Assembly: GCA_016206155.1 (NCBI GenBank)
Contig: JACQSC010000002.1
Location: 79,473-143,472 of the forward strand
DNA: 64,000 bases
Direction: 5' to 3'
Source of the DNA: Candidatus Uhrbacteria bacterium
GTDB lineage: Bacteria; Patescibacteriota; Patescibacteriia; JACQRZ01
Positions 46,661 through 56,718 of the stretch are shown one piece after another. A model generated the notes under the pieces. The model made no database searches, was not told the DNA's origin, and saw only the letters and a list, made by a program, of their open reading frames with translations. The translations under genes and the position numbers were made by a program. The stretch's first letter is position 1. Every line of letters starts with the position of its first letter.

Positions 46661-48967
46661 TTACTTAACCTCGTAGGGGAAGGAAAGAAGAGAGCCGCCA
46701 TCAAGCATCAGGATCGTTTTTCTTTTTTTGGAAACATCAAAGTCAATTACGCGTTTGAACGCTGGCGATGATAGTTGTCCGACAAGCGCAAACGACTCCT
46801 TGTTAACAATCACTATCCTTTTTCGTTCTCTGTCAAGAGCATAGAGATAGGAAAGATCGTCGCTCGTGATCAGGCGCGATGCACCCGCAAGCGCATCCCG
46901 CGTCTCGGGCGGAATCGCGCCAGTCGCTTCATTTCCCGCGCGATATACCTTGAGCGCTCCTTGCTGCGTGATGATATAGACGCGGCCATCGATCGCAATG
47001 TCGCGCGCATTAACCAGTTGTGCGTTGGCGTTTTTAATCCACCGCGTTCCCGTTGCGTAGGCATCACCGTTTTTCGCGTAACGCACAAGCATACCGTTTG
47101 CGTCCGAGAACGCATACAATCTATTGTTGTATAGGATTATTTTTTGAGGGGCATCGTTCGATCCGCGCGACAATGTATGTGAGCGGACGGTTTGATCGGG
47201 AAGAGTGAGTATGGAAACGCGCGTTGCGTCAGCATTACAAAACATAAATTCATGCGCCGATACTTTCGCGGCGCAAGAGATGCTTGTGATTTTTTCGTGA
47301 ATTGGAAGTTCGACAAGCTGCTGCGCCTCTCGATTGTAGAGATAGACAGTATCATTACTCACGACGATTATCTGATCATCCGTCGCCATCATCCGAGGGT
47401 TCTTGCCTGCATCCGCACCGACGTCGCCGGGGATCGAAGCAAGCGCTGTCGGTTGTTCGATGGTCATAACGTTGTCGATCTTCATGCGTAACTTTTCAAT
47501 TGACTGTTGAGACGCGACAAACTCCTTTCTTCCTTTGAGCTTCTCGTCAACAAGCGCAAGCAGGCTCTCTGATTCACGGAGCAGGGCGCGCGCCCGTTCT
47601 TTGTCGTCATAAATGATGCTCGCGTCGGCAGCGAGCTGTTTCTGTTCAACGGCGACGAGTATTTCTTTTAATCGCGCTTCTCGCCCTCTCGATGATTTAT
47701 TGAACTGAATGCTCAGGAGGCTAGCAAGGAAAAGGAGTATAAAGATACTGCTCAAAATAAAAAGTGCGCGAGAAACCGTGTTAAGCGAAAAAAACCAGTC
47801 GCGTCCGTTACGGCATATGCGTACACACCTCTGCGAAGCGTGACGCCATTGCAGTAGCGCAAACGTTTTTATGTCTCCGCGGCGAAATGATGTTGCTACT
47901 GTGTACACCCTCGCGCGCACAATGGGGAGGACGGATGGGATGCGGCGCGACCAGTTTTTTAGCGCTTCACGACACGCGCTGTAAGCGCGGCAATATTGCT
48001 GCTTCTGCTCTCGCGCAGTAAGAAAACCAATGAATGTGCGCGCTGTGCCAACCGTCATGCGCGACACCGCGATGAGCAATGTTCCGATACGCCGGAGAGT
48101 ATGCGTGACGTGCGGTCGCATCGACGGTGTTAATATTGACTGCGTTGATGAGGCAGTGCTGTTTAGGCCGGTCATGGATGCGGATGGCGCAGATGGCGCT
48201 TGCCGATGGGTGGCGAGCCTGCCAGATCCCGTGGTGTCTCGCGTAATAAGCAATGAGGAAAAGTCATGCCGCGCGTGAACCTTTGAGAGGAGATGTTCAA
48301 AATACGGAATGACCGTATCGATCCTTGAATTTGAAATCGTTTGCTTGATCTGCTGCGTTGAAATATAATCGAGGAACGACTGATTGCATATCATGATGCT
48401 AGATCCCTGAATCGCGACAGACCCGCTCAGCAACTGAGAAAACAGGCGCGCATGCGGATCCATTGATTGCTCGCCGCTGTTCTCGACAATATTCATAAGC
48501 ACGTATTGCACGGGGCCGTTGCGGTGGCTTACCGGATAGATGAGCAGCGGTTGTATCGCTGTTCCGGTAATGGAGAGGTAGAGCACGTCATGGACAAGTG
48601 CGCCGAGAATGCAGTGTATCTTTTTTGTGTCTACTGCGTATTTGCCACTCGCCCTCTCTTGCAAAAGGTGAAGCGCGTCTGTTACCTTTTCGTAGGTATA
48701 TTGAATCGAATTTTCAAACATGAATTCTGTCGAGTCCGGCAGCTCGTCGGAGCGAAAATCCTTGGCCGGAGATGCTGAATGATAGAAGTCAAGGAAGTGT
48801 TTGACAGTCTCTTTGATTATGGTATGGTAAACCTCGTTCGTTGAGGCGACGTCGAACATTCCAAACAGCATATGCGAATCATTTTCCTGTTCGGGCAACT
48901 CGTCGGCGAACACATATGAGAGTTCTGTGTTTTGTTTTCCTGGAATTGAGAGCTTTGCGAAGTACAT
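46661..48967 (-). CDS. large hypothetical membrane protein: ~390-aa cytoplasmic N-domain, one TM, ~350-aa extracytoplasmic C-domain
   Basis: 768-aa ORF convergent with rplL. It has a single strong TM (ALFILSSIFILLFLASLLSI). The C-terminal region looks beta-rich. No family assigned. Confidence 0.6.
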   Translation of the reverse strand: MYFAKLSIPGKQNTELSYVFADELPEQENDSHMLFGMFDVASTNEVYHTIIKETVKHFLDFYHSASPAKDFRSDELPDSTEFMFENSIQYTYEKVTDALHLLQERASGKYAVDTKKIHCILGALVHDVLYLSITGTAIQPLLIYPVSHRNGPVQYVLMNIVENSGEQSMDPHARLFSQLLSGSVAIQGSSIMICNQSFLDYISTQQIKQTISNSRIDTVIPYFEHLLSKVHARHDFSSLLITRDTTGSGRLATHRQAPSAPSASMTGLNSTASSTQSILTPSMRPHVTHTLRRIGTLLIAVSRMTVGTARTFIGFLTAREQKQQYCRAYSACREALKNWSRRIPSVLPIVRARVYTVATSFRRGDIKTFALLQWRHASQRCVRICRNGRDWFFSLNTVSRALFILSSIFILLFLASLLSIQFNKSSRGREARLKEILVAVEQKQLAADASIIYDDKERARALLRESESLLALVDEKLKGRKEFVASQQSIEKLRMKIDNVMTIEQPTALASIPGDVGADAGKNPRMMATDDQIIVVSNDTVYLYNREAQQLVELPIHEKITSISCAAKVSAHEFMFCNADATRVSILTLPDQTVRSHTLSRGSNDAPQKIILYNNRLYAFSDANGMLVRYAKNGDAYATGTRWIKNANAQLVNARDIAIDGRVYIITQQGALKVYRAGNEATGAIPPETRDALAGASRLITSDDLSYLYALDRERKRIVIVNKESFALVGQLSSPAFKRVIDFDVSKKRKTILMLDGGSLLSFPYEVK

Positions 48968-49060
48968 AGATCTAGGAGCGCAGGGTGAAAATTGCAGGTA
49001 ATTATAATAAAATTAGTATACACAATAGATAAAAAACCGCAACCGCATACGCGGGGATAA

Positions 49061-49687
49061 ATGAAATCAGCCGCTCCTATGCTTGAACAACTCTTTGGTT
49101 CACGGACTCGAACAAAACTTCTTCGCCTCTTTCTCATGCATTCCGAGAGATCTTTTTTTATCCGAGAACTTACGCGCCTCATCGATACTCAGATTAATTC
49201 CGTGCGCAGAGAGTTGCAAAATCTTCTTGAAAGCGGCGTCATTCGCGAGGCAGAGGGTGTCGCACCGAATGCGGATAGTGATGCTGCGCGGCTCAAGCGC
49301 GTTGACAAACAGCCAAAGAAGTATTTTCAAGCGGATGCCGACTTTATTCTCTACGACGAACTGAAGGCGCTCTTTTCCAAAAGCCCACGCCTGCTCCAGA
49401 ATATACTCGAGCAAGAACTTGAAAATCTGGGCACGATTGATTGCGCCGTGCTTACGGGGTTTTTTGTAGATCGTGATGATACGCCGATCGATCTGCTTAT
49501 CGTTGGGTCGGTACTGCGCTCTCGTCTGGCAAAACTGATTCATCGATTCGAAAAGGATATTGAGCGCGAGATCAACTACACCACGATGACCACGGAGGAG
49601 TTCCTGTATCGCAAGAGCATCATTGACCGTTTTCTGTTTAGCATTCTTGAGGGGAAGAAGATTGTTGTCGTCGATCGCCTTTCCTGA
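49061..49687 (+). CDS. winged-helix transcriptional regulator with an uncharacterised C-terminal domain
   Basis: The N-terminus TRTKLLRLFLMHSERSFFIRELTRLIDTQINSVRRELQNLLESGVI is an ArsR/MarR-like wHTH. Confidence 0.5.
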   Translation: MKSAAPMLEQLFGSRTRTKLLRLFLMHSERSFFIRELTRLIDTQINSVRRELQNLLESGVIREAEGVAPNADSDAARLKRVDKQPKKYFQADADFILYDELKALFSKSPRLLQNILEQELENLGTIDCAVLTGFFVDRDDTPIDLLIVGSVLRSRLAKLIHRFEKDIEREINYTTMTTEEFLYRKSIIDRFLFSILEGKKIVVVDRLS

Positions 49688-49704
49688 AATCCTTTTTTGT
49701 TGGC

Positions 49705-50352
49705 TTGGTTTCTGCTATACTCTCTACATGTAATTCACAGCATGGTTGTATGGCTGGTTTTATTCAATCGCTCACGCTGGAGGCGGGGGAGGAGATGCGG
49801 GGGGTATATCATCGCCACGGGATGACCCTGTTCATGCGTCTCGTGCCCTACGCGGTGATTTTGATTGTCTTGTTTCTCTTTCTGTTTCCTCTCTTTACGC
49901 TTGGATGGAAGGGAGTGATTCTTTTTAGTGTTCTATTTCTCGCGTGTCTTCTTTTATCGATTCGCTCCATTATATCATGGCTCGGTTCGATGACCGTGCT
50001 CACGAACGTGCGCCTTCTTCTCGTTGAGCGTTCCGGATTTTTTAAAACACAGGTTTCTGAGATGAAGCTCGATCAGATTTTTAAAGTATCCTATGAGATG
50101 AAGGGCGTGCGGCAGGCGCTGGGGCGCTATGGCACAGTCATTCTCGTTGTCATGTTTACCGGTGATAATATGCACATTAAGGATATCCCCAACCCGCAGG
50201 AAGCATTAAATCAAATTTCCGCTGCGGTATCCGAAGTAAAAAAATCTGAGCAGGGGAAGAGCGATACATCGATGGCTGTCCCCACTCACCAGACGCATGG
50301 TCGACCAACATTTCACGCACAGAAAACAAGCGATCCCGCGAATTGGCGGTAA
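49705..50352 (+). CDS. membrane protein with a bacterial PH (bPH_2, YdbS/YdbT-like) domain
   Basis: Two TM helices, then SMTVLTNVRLLLVERSGFFKTQVSEMKLDQIFKVSYEMKG…YGTVIL. The true start may be an internal Met near 49789. Confidence 0.5.
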   Translation: MVSAILSTCNSQHGCMAGFIQSLTLEAGEEMRGVYHRHGMTLFMRLVPYAVILIVLFLFLFPLFTLGWKGVILFSVLFLACLLLSIRSIISWLGSMTVLTNVRLLLVERSGFFKTQVSEMKLDQIFKVSYEMKGVRQALGRYGTVILVVMFTGDNMHIKDIPNPQEALNQISAAVSEVKKSEQGKSDTSMAVPTHQTHGRPTFHAQKTSDPANWR

Positions 50353-50777
50353 CGATTATGCCGCACGGAGAACATACAAAAAAAATCCAACAATGGCTGC
50401 GATCCAGAGTTGCGCTTGTCGCAAGCGTCTTGCTTGCGGCATTTCTTTTTTTTCAGCTGATCGTGATTGTAAAAAAAAGCAGCGAAACGGATGGTGATAT
50501 TGAGGCGCTGCAACTGGAGCGTACACGCCTTAAGGATGAGCAGGAACAGCTATCAAAGCTCCATACGTTTCTCGGCACCGACTATTTTGCCGAAGCGGAG
50601 GCGCGGACCAAGCTTGGATATCAAAAAAAGGGGGAGGTGGCGGTCATCATTACTGACGAAAACAAGCAAGATCAGGTCATACTTGATGATGGGCAAAAAG
50701 CCGTTGCAAAAACCTTACCAGCATCAGGCGAGGTTCCCAACGTTCGCTTGTGGTGGCGATATTTTTTTGGGTATTAG
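50343..50777 (+). CDS. septum formation initiator FtsB/DivIC-like
   Basis: N-terminal TM, then a coiled coil (ALQLERTRLKDEQEQL) and the FtsB/DivIC motif DYFAEAEARTKLGYQKKGE. Confidence 0.6.
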   Translation: MAVTIMPHGEHTKKIQQWLRSRVALVASVLLAAFLFFQLIVIVKKSSETDGDIEALQLERTRLKDEQEQLSKLHTFLGTDYFAEAEARTKLGYQKKGEVAVIITDENKQDQVILDDGQKAVAKTLPASGEVPNVRLWWRYFFGY

Positions 50778-50861
50778 CCCTTAGCCGAACCCGCGCATCA
50801 TGATGTGTGGGTTTGCCGTCAAGGGTAGCGCGAATTCATTTTTTTTCATTGCTATTTTTTC

Positions 50862-50935
50862 TGGAGCCCCCTGCCAGAATCGAACTGGCGCTCGTGGTTT
50901 ACGATACCACTGTTCTGCCACTGAACTAAAGGGGC
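50862..50935 (-). tRNA. tRNA-Thr (anticodon CGT), CCA encoded
   Basis: Reverse complement: GCCCCTT-TA-GTTC-AGTGGCA-GAAC-A-GTGGT-ATCGTAA-ACCAC-GAGC-GCCAG-TTCGATT-CTGGC-AGGGGGC-T-CCA. This is a good cloverleaf. Confidence 0.85.
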
Positions 50936-51000
50936 ATTTGCAAAATTATAACCTTTTCCTATACTGAAGCAGATACGCTATTATTAACGGGTTTACCTAT

Positions 51001-51249
51001 ATGAACATTATTCTGTACACAAAAGCAGGCTGTCCTTGGTGCGACGAGGTGCGCTCTCTTTTTCAGCAAAAGGGGGTTGTCTTCCAGGAGCGAGAGTGCC
51101 GCAATAATCAGGCGAATTTTGATGAACTCGTGAAGAAGTCAGGACAAACCTTGACGCCGACACTCGATATAGACGGTGAGATTATTGCCGACACGGACGC
51201 TCGGGCGCTCTCGACGCTGTTCAAGGAAAGGGATGTGCCCGGTTTTTAG
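51001..51249 (+). CDS. glutaredoxin-like protein
   Basis: IILYTKAGCPWCDEVRSLF is a thioredoxin-fold CPxC motif. 82 aa. Confidence 0.7.
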   Translation: MNIILYTKAGCPWCDEVRSLFQQKGVVFQERECRNNQANFDELVKKSGQTLTPTLDIDGEIIADTDARALSTLFKERDVPGF

Positions 51250-51333
51250 CCAATCTGTCCACAAGTGTACTGTTTTTTTTTAATTATGCAAGATTGTTAT
51301 CACCCTAACCCCTATACCATAACCCATTCTTAA

Positions 51334-53022
51334 ATGAAACATCCCAAATTCATTTTTGTTATCGGCGGTGTCATGTCCTCAGTCGGCAAGGGCATTACTG
51401 CATCATCGATTGGAACAATTTTGCAATCACGCGGATATCGTATTACAAACGTAAAGTGCGATATGTATGTGAATATCGACGCCGGCACTATTCGCCCGAC
51501 AGAGCACGGGGAGGTATTTATTGGCGCAGACGGCATTGAGGCGGATCAGGATTTGGGAAATTATGAGCGTTTTACGGGAAGGACCATGACAGAGCTCAAC
51601 TATATCACGACTGGGCAAGTCTATCAGGAGGTCATACGAAAAGAGCGGAACCTTGAGTATCATGGGGAGGACGTTGAGGTTGTCCCCGATGTCCCCCAAG
51701 AGATTATTCGGAGAATCGAATGTGCACAGAAAAAAAATAAGGCAGAGATTACTATCGTTGAGTTCGGAGGAACCGTCGGCGAATATCAGGTTCTCCTTTT
51801 TTTGGAAGCGGCGCGCATTATGAAGGTTCACAATCCTGACGATATTGCGTTCGTGCTCGTAAGCTACTTGCCCCTGCCGAGCCATATTGGGGAAATGAAA
51901 ACCAAGCCGACGCAGTATGCGGTGCGTACGTTGAATGCGGCAGGCATTATGGCAGATTTTATTGTTGCGCGTGCCGAGCGAGTGCTTGATCAGCGGCGGC
52001 GTGAAATCTTGGCGATGGTTTGCAACCTGCGACCAGGAACGGTATTGGCGGCTCCGAATCAGGAGTCAATTTATGATGTCCCGCTCCTCTTTCACGAACA
52101 AAAACTTGATGAAATGCTTCTTCGATCGCTCGGATTGCGCCCACGAAAAAATGATTTGCGTATTTGGCGAAATTTTTCACGCAAAGTAAAGCGCTGCAAG
52201 AAAACAGTGAATATCGGCGTTGTCGGCAAATATTTTGGGACAGGAGATTTTACATTGGCCGATTCCTATATTTCGGTTATTGAGGCGGCAAAGCACGCCG
52301 CGTGGGCGCATGACGCAAAGCCGCACCTGACGTGGATCGATTCGGCAGAGTATGAGAAGGATCCCAAAAAAGTGCGCGAGCTCTCGCGCTATGACGGTAT
52401 TATTGTGCCAGGAGGATTCGGGTCGCGCGGAATCGAAGGTGTCTTGCGCGCCATTCAGTATGTGAGGGAGAACGGTATCCCGTATTTAGGATTGTGTTAT
52501 GGCATGCAGCTTGCCACAATCGAGTTTGCAAAAAACGTCGCAAAAATTGCCAATGCGAATAGTGTTGAAATTGATCCGAACACGAGCGATCCGGTGATCT
52601 GCGTCAATCCAAAACAGCAAAAAAATATCTTAGAAAAACAGATGGGCGCAACCATGCGCCTTGGATCATATCCTTGTACAGTGCAAAAAAAATCATTGGC
52701 CTATCGCGCATACAAGCAAGGGAAAATTTCAGAACGCCATCGTCACCGCTATGAATTTAATAATCACTATCGAGAGGCGCTTGAACGCGCAGGCATGCGC
52801 ATTTCCGGAATCAATGAAAAAGATAATCTTGTCGAGATTGTTGAACTTATCAATCATCCATGGTTTGTCGGCACCCAATTTCATCCAGAATTCCAGTCGC
52901 ATCCGTTGACTCCGCATCCGTTGTTTAAGGATTTTATCGGCGCTACGCTTAAAGAAAAAAACGGACGGTTGGGCAACGCTTCAACCCGCATTGCTGCGCA
53001 AGCAAATCATGCCAAAGATTAG
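51334..53022 (+). CDS. pyrG: CTP synthase
   Basis: N-terminal synthetase domain (IFVIGGVMSSVGKGITASS) and a C-terminal type-1 glutamine amidotransferase (GLCYGMQ, HPEF). Confidence 0.95.
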   Translation: MKHPKFIFVIGGVMSSVGKGITASSIGTILQSRGYRITNVKCDMYVNIDAGTIRPTEHGEVFIGADGIEADQDLGNYERFTGRTMTELNYITTGQVYQEVIRKERNLEYHGEDVEVVPDVPQEIIRRIECAQKKNKAEITIVEFGGTVGEYQVLLFLEAARIMKVHNPDDIAFVLVSYLPLPSHIGEMKTKPTQYAVRTLNAAGIMADFIVARAERVLDQRRREILAMVCNLRPGTVLAAPNQESIYDVPLLFHEQKLDEMLLRSLGLRPRKNDLRIWRNFSRKVKRCKKTVNIGVVGKYFGTGDFTLADSYISVIEAAKHAAWAHDAKPHLTWIDSAEYEKDPKKVRELSRYDGIIVPGGFGSRGIEGVLRAIQYVRENGIPYLGLCYGMQLATIEFAKNVAKIANANSVEIDPNTSDPVICVNPKQQKNILEKQMGATMRLGSYPCTVQKKSLAYRAYKQGKISERHRHRYEFNNHYREALERAGMRISGINEKDNLVEIVELINHPWFVGTQFHPEFQSHPLTPHPLFKDFIGATLKEKNGRLGNASTRIAAQANHAKD

Positions 53023-53053
53023 CGCTGTCATCCCGCCGAAGGGCGGGATCCAG

Positions 53054-53713
53054 ACTATAAAAATGACAAACGAAAACAATCAAATTTCAGGTCTCGCGCT
53101 GGATATTGACGACACCATCGTCTGGACCTGCCGTGAGTGGGTTGATGTTATTCATGAAGAGTTTGGCAATCCGGAAAATCTTACCAAGCACGAATTCTAT
53201 GAGAAGTATCGCTTGTTGCATAATGCGCCTTATATTCAGCGCGATGATATCATCGCGCGCGTGCGAGAGATTTGTGTTGATGAGCGTCATCATGAGAACT
53301 TACCTCTTATTGAGGATGCGTTGCCCGCGATTGAGCGCATTGATAATGTTATCCCGATTGTCACGTATCTCACTGCTCGACCGGAATGTATGCGGGAGAG
53401 TACCGAGCGTTGGCTATCGCGCCATGATTTTCCCAAGCTTGAATTAGTTATGCGTCCCGACGATGTGCCTTTCGGGAAGTCGGCGTCATCATGGAAAGCG
53501 CGTGCACTCGAAGACCTCTACCCACGTGTGTTTGGCATCATTGATGATAATCCCAGCATTTGCCTCAATCTTTCACCAGATTATCCCGGAACTATTTTTC
53601 TCTATCGATACAGCGGAGATGACATGACTCATACCTTCGCTGTCCCGTGCGGGGATTGGAGCGATGTCATAGAAAAAGTAAGGAGCCATTACGAAAAAAA
53701 AAGAATTGCATGA
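53054..53713 (+). CDS. HAD-superfamily hydrolase-like protein
   Basis: LALDIDDTIVWT is a DxDx(T/V) motif I; IIDDNP is a later Asp motif. Start placed at the ATG at 53054, after the pyrG stop. Confidence 0.55.
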   Translation, partial: TIKMTNENNQISGLALDIDDTIVWTCREWVDVIHEEFGNPENLTKHEFYEKYRLLHNAPYIQRDDIIARVREICVDERHHENLPLIEDALPAIERIDNVIPIVTYLTARPECMRESTERWLSRHDFPKLELVMRPDDVPFGKSASSWKARALEDLYPRVFGIIDDNPSICLNLSPDYPGTIFLYRYSGDDMTHTFAVPCGDWSDVIEKVRSHYEKKRIA

Positions 53714-54001
53714 TTTTCCCCAGGGATATCCCTAGGGAAAAAATATATGCCTCACGAACAAGAATGCGAAGTAACGGGTAAACGGTTTATCGTCAGTGAT
53801 GCGGAGATTGAACTGCGGTATCGCGATTCAGACAAGCATGCGGAACGAAGACACGGTTCTTTGCGAACAGTGTTATCAGGAGGCGATTTACTAGAGCAGT
53901 AGTCAAAGTCACTGGAGGATGGTTGACTTTGTTAATCAAGCATACTATACTACTTGTATTAAGCAAAAATAAGGTTTTTTGCTTAATATGAATAAAGTAA
54001 T

Positions 54002-55315
54002 ATGCAAAAAGGCCTATTAAAAACAATAGTATCAAAACAACAGGGCGAAAAACACGCCCTCTTAAACCTGCCGTACATAGAACGGGCAAAGGCGGAGCAC
54101 GGGAAAAAATGGTTGTCTTCACCATTGATAAAGGTAGTACTGGGTCCGCGCCGTGCAGGCAAATCGGTATTTTCACTCATGCTCTTGAAGGATAAAGAGT
54201 TTGCTTATTTTAATTTTGACGATCCGGCTTTGGTAGGTGAAAAACTTGATCTGTACGAATTCATGGACGAACTACACGCTCGTTATGGGGATACGAAATA
54301 CGTTTTGTTCGATGAAATACAAAACTTGCCGGGTTGGGAGATGTTCGCTAATCGTCTGCATCGTCAAGGGTATAATGTCGTTTTGACTGGCTCGAACGCA
54401 AACTTACTGTCGATGGAGCTGGCTACGCATCTCACCGGAAGACATTTCCCCATAGAAATATTGCCCTTTAATTTCAGCGAATTTTTGAAAGCGAGAAATT
54501 TGATCGTTGATTCTGAATTTGCTACTCTGCCCCAAAAACACAGCGAGTTATTGAAACTGATGGAGGAATATTTGGTCAACGGCGGTTTTCCTGAAGTTGT
54601 TTTGAAAAATCAGCGTCCATTTGGCTATCTTGATATACTGTTCGAGGCAATTCTTTTTAAGGATGTTGTTAAACGTCATAGGGTTCGTTTTTCCGAACAG
54701 ATAGATCAGCTTGGATCGTATGTAATAAACAATGTCTCTGGTCGGTATAGTGCGCGCAGAATGGCTCATGTATTGAAATTCAAAAGCGATGTTACTCTTG
54801 AGCGATATCTTAGCTACCTTACCGAAGCATATGTGTTATTTTCCCTTTCCAGCTATTCCGTGAAAGCCGGAGAGCGACTTAAGTCTCCAAAGAAGATTTA
54901 TGTGGTTGACAATGGCTTTGTCAGCGCCAAAGCAATTCAGCATTCTCCCGACAAGGGCAAGTTAATGGAAAATCTTGTCTTTACCGAATTCGTCAAACGC
55001 GGAGTAAAACCCAACAGAGAGTTATTCTATTATAAAACTCGTAACGATCGCGAGGTTGATTTTGTGGTAAAAAGGGGAATAGAAGTGTCTGAACTGGTAC
55101 AGGTTAGTTACGAAACAATAAATTCAGACGTTGAGCAGAGAGAAGCAAAAGCGCTCTGTGAAGCAGGCGAGGAGTTAAAGGTGAAAAAGTTGACCCTGAT
55201 TACGTGGGATGAAAAGCGCGAAGTAAAGAAAAACGGCACCGTGATACAGTTCATACCGCTTTGGGAATGGTTGCTTTTACCACCCGACGCACCTCCTTCA
55301 TTTCGTGTCCCTTGA
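54002..55315 (+). CDS. AAA-family ATPase with a DUF4143-type C-terminal domain
   Basis: VVLGPRRAGKS Walker A and VLFDEIQN Walker B. The overall architecture is that of widespread AAA_14+DUF4143 proteins. Confidence 0.75.
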   Translation: MQKGLLKTIVSKQQGEKHALLNLPYIERAKAEHGKKWLSSPLIKVVLGPRRAGKSVFSLMLLKDKEFAYFNFDDPALVGEKLDLYEFMDELHARYGDTKYVLFDEIQNLPGWEMFANRLHRQGYNVVLTGSNANLLSMELATHLTGRHFPIEILPFNFSEFLKARNLIVDSEFATLPQKHSELLKLMEEYLVNGGFPEVVLKNQRPFGYLDILFEAILFKDVVKRHRVRFSEQIDQLGSYVINNVSGRYSARRMAHVLKFKSDVTLERYLSYLTEAYVLFSLSSYSVKAGERLKSPKKIYVVDNGFVSAKAIQHSPDKGKLMENLVFTEFVKRGVKPNRELFYYKTRNDREVDFVVKRGIEVSELVQVSYETINSDVEQREAKALCEAGEELKVKKLTLITWDEKREVKKNGTVIQFIPLWEWLLLPPDAPPSFRVP

Positions 55316-55509
55316 ATTCGTAGAATCGTGAGCAGAGGCGCTGTACCGTGGGGCGATGCGAGACAATAATTGCGGTTTTGCCCTTTAGGCGATGCTAAAG
55401 GAATTGCACGACACGCTCCTCGGTTTGAACATCTAGATGTGCCGTCGGTTCGTCGAAGGCGAAAGTGATCGATGTTGCGGTAGAGAAGCAAGAGCACTGA
55501 ACATATACA

Positions 55510-56718
55510 TTACGAGGCGGACGTGCGTCGCTGAGTCATGATAAAAACTATAAAGCACAGCGTTGCCAAAGCGGCTAGTACAGCGCCAAATAGAAAAGGA
55601 GCAGAAGGACTCACTCGATCCCACAGCAGACCAGCAATAAAACTCGCTGGCAGGCTCACAAGTCCAATAGCGGTGTTATAGATGCCATATGCCCGACCGC
55701 GATGAGTGGCAGGGACCATATCGGCGACAAACGCCTTGGCAACACCATAAGTTGTTGCATAGTAGAGTCCGTAGAACGCAAAGAGGAGCCATATCTGATA
55801 GCTTGCGTTCGCAAGTCCAAATCCGAGATACGCAATGGCATACGCACACCACCCAAGCAGAATGACTTTTTCGCGTCCAATCCTGTCAGATAGACTGCCA
55901 AGGGGAACCGACGCGCTTGCATAGACCGCATTAAACAGCGCAAACACAAGCGGAATGGCAAGAATGGTGACGCCAACATCCTGCGCGCGAAGAATGAGAA
56001 ACGCGTCGGATGAATTACCGATGCCAAAAAGCAGCACGATTGCGAGGAAGATATAAAATTTTTTTGGGATGGCGCGAGCTGTGAAAATGGTGTCAGGAAT
56101 AGTTTTTGCAGAAACTATTCCTGACACCATTTTCACGGATGTTTCTTTCACCTTTGTTTGGAGGAGGGTCAGCGTAATAAGAAGCGGGAATGCGCAGGCG
56201 ACGAGAATGATCTGATACTGGAGCGGATGGTCTTTCAAAATGTACAGAAGCAAAAAAAGGACGAGCGGCCCCGCTACTGATCCGAATGTATCCAGCATGC
56301 GCGCAATGCCAAAACTTTTCCCCCGCGTAGAAGCGTCAGACGAATCGGCAATCAGCGCATCTTTTGGCGAATCCTTCAATCCCTTACCGATACCGTCGAG
56401 GAAGCGTAAAAAAAGAATACCCCCCGCACTTGAGATAACGGCCAGAAGTGGTCGCGCTATCATCGAAAGAAAGTAGCCAAGGAAAATAAAAGGTTTTTTC
56501 TTTCCGAACTTATCAACCCAGAATCCCGATACGATTTTAAAAAGGCTGGCTCCACTGGTAACAAGTCCCTCCGAAATGCCAATGAATGCTTTATCAAGTC
56601 CTATGACATTGGCAAGATACAGTGGAAGTATAGGAGCAAAAATATCCTGGCTGATTCCGCCAAAGAAGCTCAACAGGCCTATGAAGAAAACATTTTTCGT
56701 TGGTTTTTTCACTTTCAT
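55510..56718 (-). CDS. MFS transporter (carries an in-frame palindromic-element insertion in the central loop)
   Basis: 12-TM topology and an MFS motif region (…FGKKKPFIFLGYFLS…). The central cytoplasmic loop is encoded by the 56081..56136 palindrome. Confidence 0.85.
   Translation of the reverse strand: MKVKKPTKNVFFIGLLSFFGGISQDIFAPILPLYLANVIGLDKAFIGISEGLVTSGASLFKIVSGFWVDKFGKKKPFIFLGYFLSMIARPLLAVISSAGGILFLRFLDGIGKGLKDSPKDALIADSSDASTRGKSFGIARMLDTFGSVAGPLVLFLLLYILKDHPLQYQIILVACAFPLLITLTLLQTKVKETSVKMVSGIVSAKTIPDTIFTARAIPKKFYIFLAIVLLFGIGNSSDAFLILRAQDVGVTILAIPLVFALFNAVYASASVPLGSLSDRIGREKVILLGWCAYAIAYLGFGLANASYQIWLLFAFYGLYYATTYGVAKAFVADMVPATHRGRAYGIYNTAIGLVSLPASFIAGLLWDRVSPSAPFLFGAVLAALATLCFIVFIMTQRRTSAS
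56081..56136. repeat. perfect 25-bp-arm palindrome (GTGAAAATGGTGTCAGGAATAGTTT-ttgcag-AAACTATTCCTGACACCATTTTCAC) inside the MFS gene
   Basis: The arms are exact reverse complements. The terminus AATGGTGTCAGG resembles the AATGGGGTCAGG family. The host reading frame is preserved. Confidence 0.85.
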
